Below, piece by piece: positions 51,816-60,418 of a DNA stretch of 64,000 nt. The position numbers were made by a program, and so were the translations under genes. How positions within the stretch are numbered: position 1 is the stretch's first letter; the number at the start of each line of letters is the position of its first letter. Source of the stretch: Candidatus Zambryskiibacteriota bacterium (GTDB lineage: Bacteria; Patescibacteriota; Minisyncoccia; Phycocordibacterales; WO2-35-19); the NCBI GenBank assembly GCA_048499675.1, contig JASNZL010000004.1:28463-92462 (forward strand), in the 5' to 3' direction. The notes beneath the pieces are model-generated. The model saw only the letters and a program-made list of their open reading frames with translations. It was not told the origin of the DNA and did not search any database.

Positions 51816-52945
51816 CTATGAAAATTGAGGATATCAAAAAAGAAAATTGGCAGTATCTGGCAAGTAGAGAAATCCCAATTCTGTTTGGTTCATTGGTCAC
51901 TCAAAGTTATAAAGAAACTTTTCCCAAAACCGGAATAATTGGGATAGAGGCGGCACTAGGAACCGATATTATTAATTGTGGAAAATATTTAGTCTTTAGG
52001 TCATACAGAAAAGTATCTGCCCTCAATAAATCTACAGAATTTTTTGTAAAAACTTTTAAACACAATCCAGAAAGAGTTGATAATATCTTTAAATTAGCAG
52101 CGGCGGCAACGGATAGTGCAAATCATAATATTTCTAAATTATCCAAAATATCAGATTATTTAACAAAAAAAGACTTAAAGAGTTTTTACTTCTTATTTAG
52201 AGAAGCTTTCATATCATTTTTCCCATTGCAAGTATTTCCATTCTCGTTAGAGCAAGTATTAAATGGGGCAGGAGAAGTAGATTTAGTGAATCAATACAAG
52301 GATATTTTGGTTAAATGGAGAAGTGAAGTGCATGATACCGAAATAAAACTAGAAGATTTCTTGGGAATATTTTTAAATAAAGCAAAAGAACTCTTAAATA
52401 TAGATTTTAGATACTGGTCCGATAAAGAAGTGTTAGATTATTTCAATACTTCTGCTGTTGTCCCCGATACCACAATCAAAAACAGGAAAGAATACTCTGT
52501 GCTTGTTTTTGATACCAATTTGACACCTCCTTACCAAGTTATTGATGGTACAGATGCAGAAGAAATTTGTACTTTTATGGACGAACCAGTTAAAGAAAAA
52601 GTATTTGGAACAGAATTTAAAGGAAGGCCTGTATATCCCGGCCATGTTAAAGCAAACGTTTTTTTAATAAATAAAAAAGAAGATTTTAAAAATATCCCTG
52701 AAGAATCTGTAGTGGTCGCCCGCGTTATTGAAATGGACGATATCAGATGGATTAAATTAAAAAAAATTGCAGCAGCCATAACGGAGGAAGGTGGGCTTAC
52801 AACTCATATAGCAATTATGGGACGTGAACTTAAAATACCGACGATAGTAGGAGTTAAGGGTATCGTTGAATCAGTAAGAACAAATGATACATTGGATGTG
52901 GATTCTGAAAATGGGCTAATTAAAATTATCAATAAATTACAATAA
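51812..52945 (+). CDS. PEP-utilising mobile (phospho-His swivel) domain protein without ATP-grasp
   Basis: C-terminal FKGRPVYPG...ITEEGGLTTHIAIMGRELKIPTIVG. Confidence 0.85.
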   Translation: MTMKIEDIKKENWQYLASREIPILFGSLVTQSYKETFPKTGIIGIEAALGTDIINCGKYLVFRSYRKVSALNKSTEFFVKTFKHNPERVDNIFKLAAAATDSANHNISKLSKISDYLTKKDLKSFYFLFREAFISFFPLQVFPFSLEQVLNGAGEVDLVNQYKDILVKWRSEVHDTEIKLEDFLGIFLNKAKELLNIDFRYWSDKEVLDYFNTSAVVPDTTIKNRKEYSVLVFDTNLTPPYQVIDGTDAEEICTFMDEPVKEKVFGTEFKGRPVYPGHVKANVFLINKKEDFKNIPEESVVVARVIEMDDIRWIKLKKIAAAITEEGGLTTHIAIMGRELKIPTIVGVKGIVESVRTNDTLDVDSENGLIKIINKLQ

Positions 52946-52954
52946 TTTAAAATC

Positions 52955-53962
52955 ATGCAAACATATAAACAAGTTTATACAAGAGAAGTTTGTTTAATCG
53001 CCCTTGAAATTTGGGAGGAGCATCAGTTGCACCTTCTTAAAGAAGTTTTCGGAGATGTGCCACCACTTTCAATTTTTGACGTCTATGGAGGTGTAGGTAA
53101 AGTTTATTACCAAGAGGACACACAGGATATATGGTCCAATATTATCGCTAACAAAGCTAATAAAGATTTATCTTTTGTGCCTGAGCAGATGGAATTACTT
53201 GGCAAGAATGTAGATAGGCTTGAAAAAATTTGGCACCAAAAGAAGCTTTCTTCCAGAGAAGAAGTCGTCGATTTGTTTTCACTAGCCGCTTGGACTTGGG
53301 TTGGTGTTTCCGTCTCATATTTCCTGCCAGACATAAAAGATGTATCTCAAAAAGACCAGGATTTGGGCATGGCTTTACGAAATCGCACCTTAGACTTCCT
53401 TGAATTCACCGACCATGTTTTACAGGACACACTTAAAGATCTTTACCCTAATCTTGGCGATTTGGTCAAATATATATCAATTGATGAATTGAAGAGAAAT
53501 GAGATCCCAAATGAAGAAGTTTTGAAAGAAAGAGAGAAACATTACATTTATTACGATTTTAAGATTCACACTAACATAAGCATAGCTGAATTTTTGAAGG
53601 ATAATAATATTGAAATTAAAGAAGATGCTATTCCAGAAAATCTAAAAGAAATAAAAGGGCAAACCGCTATGGGCGGTAAAGTCACGGGTCCTGTTAGGAT
53701 TCTGCATAAAAAATCAGAGATTCCAGAATTACTAGATGGTGAAGTTTTGGTTGCTACAATGACTACTCCCGACTATCTACCGGCCATGAATAAAGCCATA
53801 GCCTTTGTAACTGACGAAGGAGGTGTAACTTGTCATGCTGCTATCGTGGCTAGAGAAATTGGTAAACCTTGTGTTATAGGAACAAAAATAGCAACAAAAG
53901 CACTCAAAACCGGTGATATAATAGAAATTGACGCTGATGCCGGTCTTATCAAAATTTTGTAG
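52955..53962 (+). CDS. PEP-utilising mobile (phospho-His swivel) domain protein without ATP-grasp
   Basis: C-terminal IKGQTAMGG...MTTPDY...VTDEGGVTCHAAIVAREIGKPCVIGT. Confidence 0.87.
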   Translation: MQTYKQVYTREVCLIALEIWEEHQLHLLKEVFGDVPPLSIFDVYGGVGKVYYQEDTQDIWSNIIANKANKDLSFVPEQMELLGKNVDRLEKIWHQKKLSSREEVVDLFSLAAWTWVGVSVSYFLPDIKDVSQKDQDLGMALRNRTLDFLEFTDHVLQDTLKDLYPNLGDLVKYISIDELKRNEIPNEEVLKEREKHYIYYDFKIHTNISIAEFLKDNNIEIKEDAIPENLKEIKGQTAMGGKVTGPVRILHKKSEIPELLDGEVLVATMTTPDYLPAMNKAIAFVTDEGGVTCHAAIVAREIGKPCVIGTKIATKALKTGDIIEIDADAGLIKIL

Positions 53963-53989
53963 ACAAAAGACCGCTCCGAAGAGCAGTCT
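53962..53989 (-). terminator. Terminator of the small minus-strand operon
   Basis: AGACTGCTC-TTCG-GAGCGGTCT followed by TTTGT. Confidence 0.7.
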
Positions 53990-54027
53990 GTTTCTCACCT
54001 CCTTTCTGGTGAATTAAGCCTCTTGAT

Positions 54028-54180
54028 TTACGACCGTGGCTTAGTTTGGGTCGGTTCTTTTTCATTGTCCTTGTTGTTGGGTTGCTCTGTCCGCGTTTGC
54101 GAAACAGGTTTTTGTTGGGGCCGATCCTTACGGATAACCCCCACAAATCGCAAGCCACCACGCGATCCGAATCCGGCCAT
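54028..54180 (-). CDS. Small hydrophilic protein (50 aa); not in ORF track
   Basis: AAGGGG SD; MAGFGSRGGLRFVGVIRKDRPQQK...KPRS*; starts 3 nt after the upstream ORF stop. Confidence 0.45.
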   Translation of the reverse strand: MAGFGSRGGLRFVGVIRKDRPQQKPVSQTRTEQPNNKDNEKEPTQTKPRS

Positions 54181-54183
54181 GTT

Positions 54184-54381
54184 CTACCCCTTTCTTTTCT
54201 GTTCTGCTTGTCTCACCACTTCCTCGAGCGAGATGTCATTCGGAGTCCCTCCGGAAATCGAAACGAGGAATACGATGAAAATAGCAGCACCGACCCCCCA
54301 GTGGATGAAATAGCTAGCAGCCAAACAGGCAACAACCATCATCAGAGAAACGAGAAGGATAGATTTGTCTTTGGGTGTCAT
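54184..54381 (-). CDS. Small 2-TM membrane protein
   Basis: 65 aa; promoter TTGACA-16-TATAAT at 54420-54393 (minus strand). Confidence 0.6.
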   Translation of the reverse strand: MTPKDKSILLVSLMMVVACLAASYFIHWGVGAAIFIVFLVSISGGTPNDISLEEVVRQAEQKRKG

Positions 54382-54469
54382 ATCTAAATACTATTATACA
54401 CAAAACTACCATTCTGTCAATAGTAAAAAATTAATAAATTTATATAGTTTATCTCTGAAATTTAGGGTA

Positions 54470-54755
54470 TTATGAGAGATACGGGTTCAAAAAACGAGAT
54501 ACGAAGTACGAGATAAGATAAAATTCTAAATACGAAACAAATTATAAATTCAAAATACAAATGTTCAAAAATAGATAATTTAACATGGAATTTGTGTTTT
54601 AAATAATAAGATTGGTAAACATTAGTAATTAATGAGTTAGAATTAAAAATTAAATCATTGAAAATTTATTGAAAATTCTAAATTGGAAATTGAAAATTTA
54701 TTAGCGAAATTAGCGTGCATTAGTGGATTGGTGGGTAGTGATTTTACACTTTGAT
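54470..54755. repeat. Mosaic of repeat arms upstream of mraY
   Basis: 54492-54515 ACGAG arm; 54544-54570 = 1408-1434; 54646-54685 = 46731-46770; 54697-54737 is inverted to 48364-48404 (32/41). Confidence 0.88.
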
Positions 54756-54774
54756 ATTTAAATTTTAAATTATT

Positions 54775-55836
54775 ATGATCGACATCGTAAAAGTATTTTT
54801 GCCGGCAGTAGGGGCGTTTGCGCTCGGTGTTTTGATTACACCATTTCTCACAAACTTTTTATACAAACATAAATGCTGGAAAAAGAAGTCTGGCAAAACC
54901 GCACTAGATGGCAACGAAGCAAAAATATTTAATGAACTTCACAAAGAAAAAGAAGTAAACACTCCAAGAATGGGGGGCATTGTCATTTGGGCAAGCGCTT
55001 TTATTGTAATCGCTCTGGTCTGGATTATTTCTAACGTTTTCCCAACAGAGATAACTACCAAGCTTGATTTCCTATCAAGAAACCAAACGTGGATTCCTCT
55101 TGCGACACTTCTTTTTGGTTCAATTGTAGGACTAGTAGATGACTATTTGGAAGTCAGGGGACTTGAAAAAGGAGGACTTTCGCTCAAAAAAAGATTAGTT
55201 GCCGTAAGCTTGGTTACTCTTTCGGTTGCGTTTTGGTTTTACTTCAAACTTGATATAGACAGTATTGGGCTTCCATTTAAAGAAGAAGGTTTTTATTTGG
55301 GACCACTCTTTATAATTTTATTTTTGCTTACAGCACTATTTATTTACGCAGGAGGAGTAATAGATGGGATAGACGGTCTCGCTGGTGGAGTCTTTGCCAC
55401 AATGTTTGCTGCCTATGCTGGAATCGCATTTTATCAACAACAAATAGACCTCGCAGCTTTTTCGGCTACAGTCTCTGGTGGAATTTTGGCTTTTCTTTGG
55501 TTCAACATACCTCCGGCCAGATTTTATATGTCAGAAACTGGCTCAATGGGACTTACAATCACTCTTACAGTAGTAGCTTTTATGACAGACTCGCTTGGTA
55601 AGGGTTATGGATTTTTGGTCCTACCAATTATTGCTCTCCCACTTGTCATAACAGTTCTATCAAACATAATTCAAGTCTTATCAAAAAAAATAAGAGGCAA
55701 AAAAGTTTTTTTGGTGGCACCACTTCATCACCATTTTGAGGCAATTGGCTGGCCAGCATATAAAGTTACAATGAGATACTGGGTGTTCTCGACCATTTGT
55801 GCAATACTCGGCATATCGCTAGCACTTATTGGATAA
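54775..55836 (+). CDS. mraY: Phospho-N-acetylmuramoyl-pentapeptide transferase
   Basis: TPRMGG, GLVDD, DGIDGL, FLWFN.PPARFYM and APLHHHFE. Confidence 0.95.
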   Translation: MIDIVKVFLPAVGAFALGVLITPFLTNFLYKHKCWKKKSGKTALDGNEAKIFNELHKEKEVNTPRMGGIVIWASAFIVIALVWIISNVFPTEITTKLDFLSRNQTWIPLATLLFGSIVGLVDDYLEVRGLEKGGLSLKKRLVAVSLVTLSVAFWFYFKLDIDSIGLPFKEEGFYLGPLFIILFLLTALFIYAGGVIDGIDGLAGGVFATMFAAYAGIAFYQQQIDLAAFSATVSGGILAFLWFNIPPARFYMSETGSMGLTITLTVVAFMTDSLGKGYGFLVLPIIALPLVITVLSNIIQVLSKKIRGKKVFLVAPLHHHFEAIGWPAYKVTMRYWVFSTICAILGISLALIG

Positions 55837-56026
55837 CGCGACACAAATAAACGATTATGGAAACGAGTTACGAAGTACGAGATACGAGTAACGATATATT
55901 TGAAATTAAAAATTGAAAGATTGAAAATTAAAATAAAAAACAAAAGTAACCCACCAATCACACGAATTTACACGAATCATAACGAATAAATATTAGTAAG
56001 ATTAGTATGCATTAGTAATTGGTGTG
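55837..56026. repeat. Mosaic of repeat arms with a local CACGAAT/ATTAGT hairpin
   Basis: 55861-55891 is inverted to 58995-59025 (27/31); 55913-55933 is the exact reverse complement of 63407-63427; local hairpin at 55952-56024. Confidence 0.88.
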
Positions 56027-56044
56027 TTGTGGTAGAATAATAAA

Positions 56045-57151
56045 ATGAAAAAAACTGGAAAAATAAGTAGGCCTTTTTTGTTTTGGACAATTGTACTTGT
56101 TGTTTTTGGTTTTTTTATTTTTAGTTCAGCATCACTTGGAGTACTTGCAAGAAACGAAATAAAATTTGCAAACGTCGCCTTTAATCAAATATTTTTTGGA
56201 CTTTTTTTGGGCTCAATTGCTTGTATAATCTTTGCTCGCATTGATTACAAAATTTGGAAAAAATATGCATTTTATATTTTTATTGGCTCAATTGTTTTAA
56301 CCTTACTGGTATTTATTGACGCCCTAAGTCTCACACACGGCGGAGCAAGACGCTGGATAAATTTGAAATTTATATCTTTCCAACCATCTGAATTTTTAAA
56401 GATTGGATTTATTGCATATTTTTCTGCTTGGCTTAGTAGCATAAAAACAAAAGTAGAAACAATAAAATGGGGACTTTTTCCTTTCCTTTTATTTATGGGA
56501 ATTGTTGGTGGGATTCTGCTTGCTCAACCCGATACGGACACATTTGCTGTGATTATTTTTGCGTCCCTTGCAATATATATATCGGCTGGGGCTAGATGGA
56601 AACATATAGCGTCTATTGTTTTAATTGGTATTGCAATTATTACAATTTTGGCATTCACGAGACCTTATATTATGCAGAGAATACAAACAATGATTGATCC
56701 AAGCGCCAATGTTCAAACTACTGGATATCAATTGAGACAATCTCTTATTGCTGTTGGCTCTGGACAGATGTGGGGTAGGGGATTTGGTCAAAGTATTCAA
56801 AAATTTGAATATTTACCAGAGCCAATTGGTGATTCAGTTTTTGCTGTAGCAGCTGAGGAATTTGGTTTTGTGGGAGCAGTCACACTTATGTTCGTATTCG
56901 TAATGTTTGCACTTGAGGGAATAAAGATTGCAAACAGAGCACCTGATGATTTTGGGAAATATTTAACGCTCGGAATTATTGTAATGATAGTGTCGCAGGC
57001 TTTTTTGAATATCGGAGGTATGATAGGTGTTTTGCCACTAACGGGTATACCTCTGCCTTTTATAAGTCACGGTGGGACCGCTTTGTTTATAACCCTTATT
57101 GAAGTAGGTGTTATAATGAATGTGTCTAGGTCTGGAGGCACAAGAGGATAG
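56045..57151 (+). CDS. ftsW: SEDS peptidoglycan glycosyltransferase FtsW
   Basis: GARRW, FQPSEFLK, QPD, GYQ, LPE, AEEFG and PLTGIPLPFISHGG; located between mraY and murG. Confidence 0.93.
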   Translation: MKKTGKISRPFLFWTIVLVVFGFFIFSSASLGVLARNEIKFANVAFNQIFFGLFLGSIACIIFARIDYKIWKKYAFYIFIGSIVLTLLVFIDALSLTHGGARRWINLKFISFQPSEFLKIGFIAYFSAWLSSIKTKVETIKWGLFPFLLFMGIVGGILLAQPDTDTFAVIIFASLAIYISAGARWKHIASIVLIGIAIITILAFTRPYIMQRIQTMIDPSANVQTTGYQLRQSLIAVGSGQMWGRGFGQSIQKFEYLPEPIGDSVFAVAAEEFGFVGAVTLMFVFVMFALEGIKIANRAPDDFGKYLTLGIIVMIVSQAFLNIGGMIGVLPLTGIPLPFISHGGTALFITLIEVGVIMNVSRSGGTRG

Positions 57152-57154
57152 CAG

Positions 57155-57686
57155 AATTTCCAATTTTCAATTTAAAATTTTCAATAAATTTTTAATTTAA
57201 AAATGACTCAAACGGAGAAAAAATACGACTTGGAAGAAAGAACAGCTGTTTTTGGAGAATCAATTATAAAACTTTGTAGAAGTATAAAACAAGATAATAT
57301 AACTGCTCCAATAATAAACCAGCTCATCCGCTCTGGTACGAGCATCGGGGCAAATTATATGGAAGCAAATGGTGCAAGTTCAAAAAGGGATTTTGTAAAT
57401 AAGATTTTTATTTGTAAAAAAGAATCTCAAGAAACCAAACATTGGCTCCGTATGCTTTCTCTGAGTGTTACAGAGAACATTAAAGATGAATTAGAAAAAA
57501 TATCAAAAGAATGTCAGGAACTCGTGTTTATATTTCAGAAAATTGCTAGCACATCAAGAAACAATGAAAAAATATAGCGAAAGAAGTTTTACAGGAATGT
57601 TATTAATTATGTTAAAATTTGGGTAATTAATTGAAAATTGAAACATTGTAAATTTAATGAAAATTCTAAATTATAAATTGAAAATT
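57155..57686. repeat. 37-nt inverted arms enclosing the four-helix-bundle gene
   Basis: 57155-57191 versus the reverse complement of 57650-57686: 32/37. Confidence 0.88.
57203..57577 (+). CDS. Four helix bundle protein (23S rRNA IVP / TIGR02436-like)
   Basis: DLEERT..F, QLIRSGTSIGANYMEA, SKRDF..K..I.KKE..ET..WL. Confidence 0.92.
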   Translation: MTQTEKKYDLEERTAVFGESIIKLCRSIKQDNITAPIINQLIRSGTSIGANYMEANGASSKRDFVNKIFICKKESQETKHWLRMLSLSVTENIKDELEKISKECQELVFIFQKIASTSRNNEKI

Positions 57687-57695
57687 TAAAATAAT

Positions 57696-58835
57696 ATGAA
57701 AATTGTATTTACGGGTGGAGGAAGTGGGGGACACTTTTATCCAATAATAGCCATTGCAGAATCCATAAAAAAAATATCTAAAGAAAAGAAATTTCTATCA
57801 CCAGAGATGTATTTTTTTGGTCCAACCCCATATAACCCCGGACTTCTTTTTGATCATGGAATTATTTATAAAAAAGTTACAGCCGGAAAATTAAGGAGAT
57901 ACTTCTCGATAAAAAATTTTTTTGATTTATTTAAAACCGCTTGGGGCACTCTAAAAGCACTATTTGATATTTTTGGAATTTATCCAGACGTTGTTTTTAG
58001 CAAAGGGGGTTATGGTAGTTTCCCCGTTGTCCTTGCGGCAAGAATTTTAAGAATCCCAGTTTTTGTACATGAATCTGACTCAGCTCCAGGTAGAGCCAAT
58101 AAGTGGGCAGGAAAATTCGCAACAAGAATTGCTCTTTCTTACCGAGAAGCTTCTGAATATTTTAAAAGAAAAGATGCAATCGCTTATACCGGACAACCAA
58201 TAATAGAAGAAAAATTAACTCCAATTACAAACGGCGCCTTTGAATTTTTTAATTTTGATGAAAGCATCCCTGTAATATTTATTATCGGAGGTTCACAAGG
58301 AGCAAACATAATCAATAATATTATTCTTGACTCACTTCCTTTGCTCATAAAGGAGTATCAAATTATTCACCAAACAGGTGCGGGTAATATAGATGTAATC
58401 AAAGAATCTGCTGATGCCATTTTGCTCGATAACCCAAACAGAAAAAGATATAAAGCGTTTGGATATATGAATAATCTTGAAATGAGGATGGCCTCTGGTG
58501 CCTGTAGTCTTGTGATAAGTAGAGGTGGCTCTACTATATTTGAAATTGCATCATGGCACAAACCATCGATCATTATCCCGATTACAGAATCAAACGAAAA
58601 CCACCAAGTAAAAAATGCTTTTGCATATGCAAGGAGTGGCGCCTGCTCTGTTATCCAAGAAGAAAATTTAAAAGTAAATATAATTCTTTCTGAAATAAGA
58701 AGAATTTTGGAGAACGAAGAACTAAAAAACAAAATGACCCTTGGAGCAGAAAACTTTTTTAAAGTCGGTGCATCAGATGAGATAGCAAAAGAAATACTAA
58801 AAATTGCTCTGTCTCACGAAGGATTGGAAGAGTAA
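57696..58835 (+). CDS. murG: UDP-GlcNAc:lipid I GlcNAc transferase
   Basis: TGGGSGGHFYP, KGGY, HESD, GGSQGA, SRGG and HQVKNA. Confidence 0.96.
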   Translation: MKIVFTGGGSGGHFYPIIAIAESIKKISKEKKFLSPEMYFFGPTPYNPGLLFDHGIIYKKVTAGKLRRYFSIKNFFDLFKTAWGTLKALFDIFGIYPDVVFSKGGYGSFPVVLAARILRIPVFVHESDSAPGRANKWAGKFATRIALSYREASEYFKRKDAIAYTGQPIIEEKLTPITNGAFEFFNFDESIPVIFIIGGSQGANIINNIILDSLPLLIKEYQIIHQTGAGNIDVIKESADAILLDNPNRKRYKAFGYMNNLEMRMASGACSLVISRGGSTIFEIASWHKPSIIIPITESNENHQVKNAFAYARSGACSVIQEENLKVNIILSEIRRILENEELKNKMTLGAENFFKVGASDEIAKEILKIALSHEGLEE

Positions 58836-59026
58836 GAAAAAAGCTTAGAGGTTTTAGGTATAAGGTATAAGGGGTGCCGAAACTCTAAACAATAAAAACA
58901 TAAAAAAATTCAAATCTCAAAATTTTTTTAATTTTTAATTTTTAATTTAGAATTTTAAATAAATTTTCAATGGATTTAATTTAAAATTTAATCCTTACTC
59001 GTAACTCGTGTTTCGTAACTCGTCTC
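58836..59026. repeat. Mosaic of repeat arms
   Basis: AAAAAAGCTTAGAGGTT matches the sequence after the 1729 stop (minus strand); 58930-58966 is inverted to 57650-57686 (33/37); CTCGTAA arm at 58995-59025. Confidence 0.88.
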
Positions 59027-59046
59027 TTTTGTGCTATAATGAATAA

Positions 59047-60399
59047 ATGGCTCTAAATAATGATATTATAGTTAGATTTCCACCTTCACCTACCGGTTTT
59101 TTGCATATAGGTAATGCTCGTACCTTTCTTTTTAATTATCTTTTTGCCAAGAAAAACAGTGGTAAAATCGTTTTTAGACTTGAAGATACTGACAAAGAAA
59201 GATCAAAAAAGGAGTACGAGGACGACATAATAGAAAATTTAAAATGGCTCGGAATAGAACCTGATTTTTCGACACAAATAAGACAATCAGAGAGGGGTCA
59301 TATCTACAAAAAATATATAGAAGAAATGATAGCAAAAGGCAAAGCCTATATCTCAAAAGAGGAGAAAACTGAAGAAGGCCAGAGGGACGAGGTAATAAGA
59401 TTTAGAAATCCAAACAAAGAGATTATATTTAGTGATTTAATTAGGGGTGATATAAAATTCGACACAACTGAACTTGGAGATTTTGTAATAGCAAAAAGCC
59501 TTGAAGAGCCAGTTTACCACCTAGCAGTTGTTATTGATGATTTCCTTATGGGAGTAAATCATATAATAAGAGGGGACGATGGTATATCAAATACCCCAAG
59601 ACAAATTCTTATCCAAGAAGCCATCGGAGCGAATAGACCAACCTATGCTCACTTGCCTTTAATGCTAGCACCCGACAAAACAAAGCTTTCAAAAAGAAAG
59701 CACGGCGAGACCGTTTCGGTTAAATATTATAGAGAAAAAGGCTATATAAAAGAAGCTGTCGTTAACTACCTAGCTCTTGTTGGTTGGAATCCAGGGGTTA
59801 ATCAGGAACTTTTTAGTCTAGACGAATTAATTAATTTTTTTGATATAAAAAAGGTCCAAAAAAAGGGCGCCATTTTTGATTTAGAAAAATTAAACTGGGT
59901 CAACAGACAATATTTATTGCAGACTCCACACAACCTCCAAATAGAAGAACTTAAAAATCAAATAAATAAAACTGAACTTGCAAATCACAAAAAAATGGAT
60001 GATTCCGTTTTTGTAACAAACTTTTTGATTATATTGATGGAGAGAATAAATGTTTGGAGTGATATTAAAATGAGTATAGAAGAAGGGGAGTATGATTACC
60101 TTTTTGAAGAACCAGAGATAGACCCCAACCTTATAAAATGGAAATATACGGATAATCCAACCACACTTAAACACTTAATATTCCTTAAACAATTAATAGA
60201 AAATTCAAAAGAGAAAGAATTAATTACTGAAGAAATAAAATCTTACGCAGAAAAAGAGGGGAAGGGAGATGTATTGTGGCCACTTCGCTATTCCCTATCG
60301 GGAAGAGAAAAATCACCAGACCCATTTACCTTGGTTAATATTTTAGAAATTGAAGAATCTATAAATCGATTATCAAAAGCTATCAGTTTATTGTCATAA
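59047..60399 (+). CDS. gltX: Glutamate--tRNA ligase
   Basis: RFPPSPTGFLHIGN, RLEDTD, HIIRGDD and KLSKR. Confidence 0.96.
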   Translation: MALNNDIIVRFPPSPTGFLHIGNARTFLFNYLFAKKNSGKIVFRLEDTDKERSKKEYEDDIIENLKWLGIEPDFSTQIRQSERGHIYKKYIEEMIAKGKAYISKEEKTEEGQRDEVIRFRNPNKEIIFSDLIRGDIKFDTTELGDFVIAKSLEEPVYHLAVVIDDFLMGVNHIIRGDDGISNTPRQILIQEAIGANRPTYAHLPLMLAPDKTKLSKRKHGETVSVKYYREKGYIKEAVVNYLALVGWNPGVNQELFSLDELINFFDIKKVQKKGAIFDLEKLNWVNRQYLLQTPHNLQIEELKNQINKTELANHKKMDDSVFVTNFLIILMERINVWSDIKMSIEEGEYDYLFEEPEIDPNLIKWKYTDNPTTLKHLIFLKQLIENSKEKELITEEIKSYAEKEGKGDVLWPLRYSLSGREKSPDPFTLVNILEIEESINRLSKAISLLS

Positions 60400-60418
60400 T
60401 TTATTCCCTAAAAAATAA

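Larger units (their letters stand above)
48528..54804. mobile_element. Integrase-less ~6.2-kb genomic island bounded by a 30-bp direct repeat of the mraY start
   Basis: ATGATCGACATCGTAAAAGTATTTTTGCCG occurs at 48528-48557 and 54775-54804; accessory genes lie between. Confidence 0.75.

Noticed and set aside
53949-54387. ORFs 53949-54161 (minus), 54023-54313 (plus) and 54046-54387 (plus)
   Set aside because: Promoter, SD and terminator positions favour the minus-strand 65-aa and 50-aa ORFs
57203-57577. Diversity-generating retroelement (Avd-like gene) or rRNA intron
   Set aside because: No reverse transcriptase, no TR/VR pair with adenine-specific mismatches and no rRNA in the window
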